A stretch of DNA of 64,000 nucleotides from Octopus sinensis (taxonomy: Eukaryota), in NCBI RefSeq assembly GCF_006345805.1, contig NC_043021.1:20956001-21020000 (forward strand). The letters run 5' to 3'. Made by a program: the position numbers and the translations under genes. This document shows, in pieces, positions 63,041 to 64,000 of this stretch. Positions within the stretch are counted from its first letter, which is position 1. Each line of letters starts with the position of its first letter. The notes beneath the pieces are model-generated. The model ran no database searches and had not been told where the DNA came from. It worked only from the letters and a program-made list of their open reading frames with translations.

Positions 63041-64000
63041 GCGCGGGCATGGCTGTGTGGTTAGGGAGCTTGCTTCCTAGCTACATGGTTTCGGGTTCAG
63101 TCCCACTGCATGGCACTTTGGTTAGGTGTCTTCCGCTATAGCCCCAAGCTGACCAGAGCTTTGTGATTGAATTCGGTAGGCGGAAGTTGCTGCCGTGTGT
63201 GTATGTGTGCGTATAGCTGCTCAGTGCCTCTCCGAAAGAGAGAGAGAGGGATACATGTGTGTGTTAATGGTTAGGGCATTTGGTTCATGGCTGTAAGTTC
63301 AATACCTGGCGGTATGTTGTGTCCTTGAGCAAGTTGGTGAAAATGAGTAGTACCTGTATTTCAAAGGGCCAGCCTTGTCACACTCTGTGTCATGCTAAAT
63401 CTCCCCTGAGAACTACATTAAGGGTATATGTGTTTTTGGACCGCTCAGCCACTTGCACATTAATTTCATGAGCAGGCTGTTCTGTTGATCGGATCAACTG
63501 GAACCCTCGTCCTCGTAACTGACAGAGTGCCAGTTATTTTGATCTGCGTAAAAAGCTCAACAAGAAGAGTACTCCATCTAATGAGAGTCCAATGTTAATG
63601 TATATGTTTCACTCCAGCATATGTATGATATGTATGTATGCATTTGTGTGTTTATGTATATATATATATATATATATATAGCCTCATCTGGCACCTGTGC
63701 TGGTGGCACGTAAAAAACACCCACTACACTCATGGAGTGGTTGGCGTTAGGAAGGGCATCCAGCCATAGAAACATTGCCAGATCAGACGGCCTGGTGCAG
63801 CCTTCTGGCTTCCCAGACCCCAGTTGCACCGTCCAACCCATGCCAGCATGGAAAGTGAATGCTAAACGATGATGATGACGATGAATGAGGAGGCACAATG
63901 GCCTAGTGGTTAGGGCAGCAGACTCACGGTCGTAGCATCACGGTTTCGATTCCCAGCCTGGGCGTTGCGAGTGTTTATCACGGTGATATATATATATGTA

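Overview
AT-rich eukaryotic window, about 80-90% repetitive by eye. Its repeat families (three tRNA-derived SINEs, RTE and CR1 LINE ends, (TA)n/(CA)n tracts) look like an octopus/coleoid cephalopod genome; this is an inference. The only well-supported host gene is the 5' part of a minus-strand gene: exon 1 at 5184-5072 and a 1168-nt exon 2 at 3540-2373, splice phases compatible, encoding a short helical N-terminus plus a long acidic disordered region. I cannot name it. A few orphan exon candidates lie further right. The rest is transposon debris: RTE LINE fragments (one with a PHD finger inside the RT), CR1 3' ends, mariner pieces, hAT/pogo-like MITEs, Helitron-type elements, a solo LTR with TSD, 26-, 36- and 58-bp minisatellites, a 100-N gap and many foldback palindromes. 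The most notable signal is a set of type I hammerhead ribozyme motifs with palindromic stem-III loops (best at 30483-30373 minus and 26810-26898 plus) in (TA)n-flanked, inverted-repeat elements resembling Penelope-like retroelement derivatives. Most supplied ORFs are translations of microsatellites or SINEs. Repeat boundaries are approximate, read by eye.
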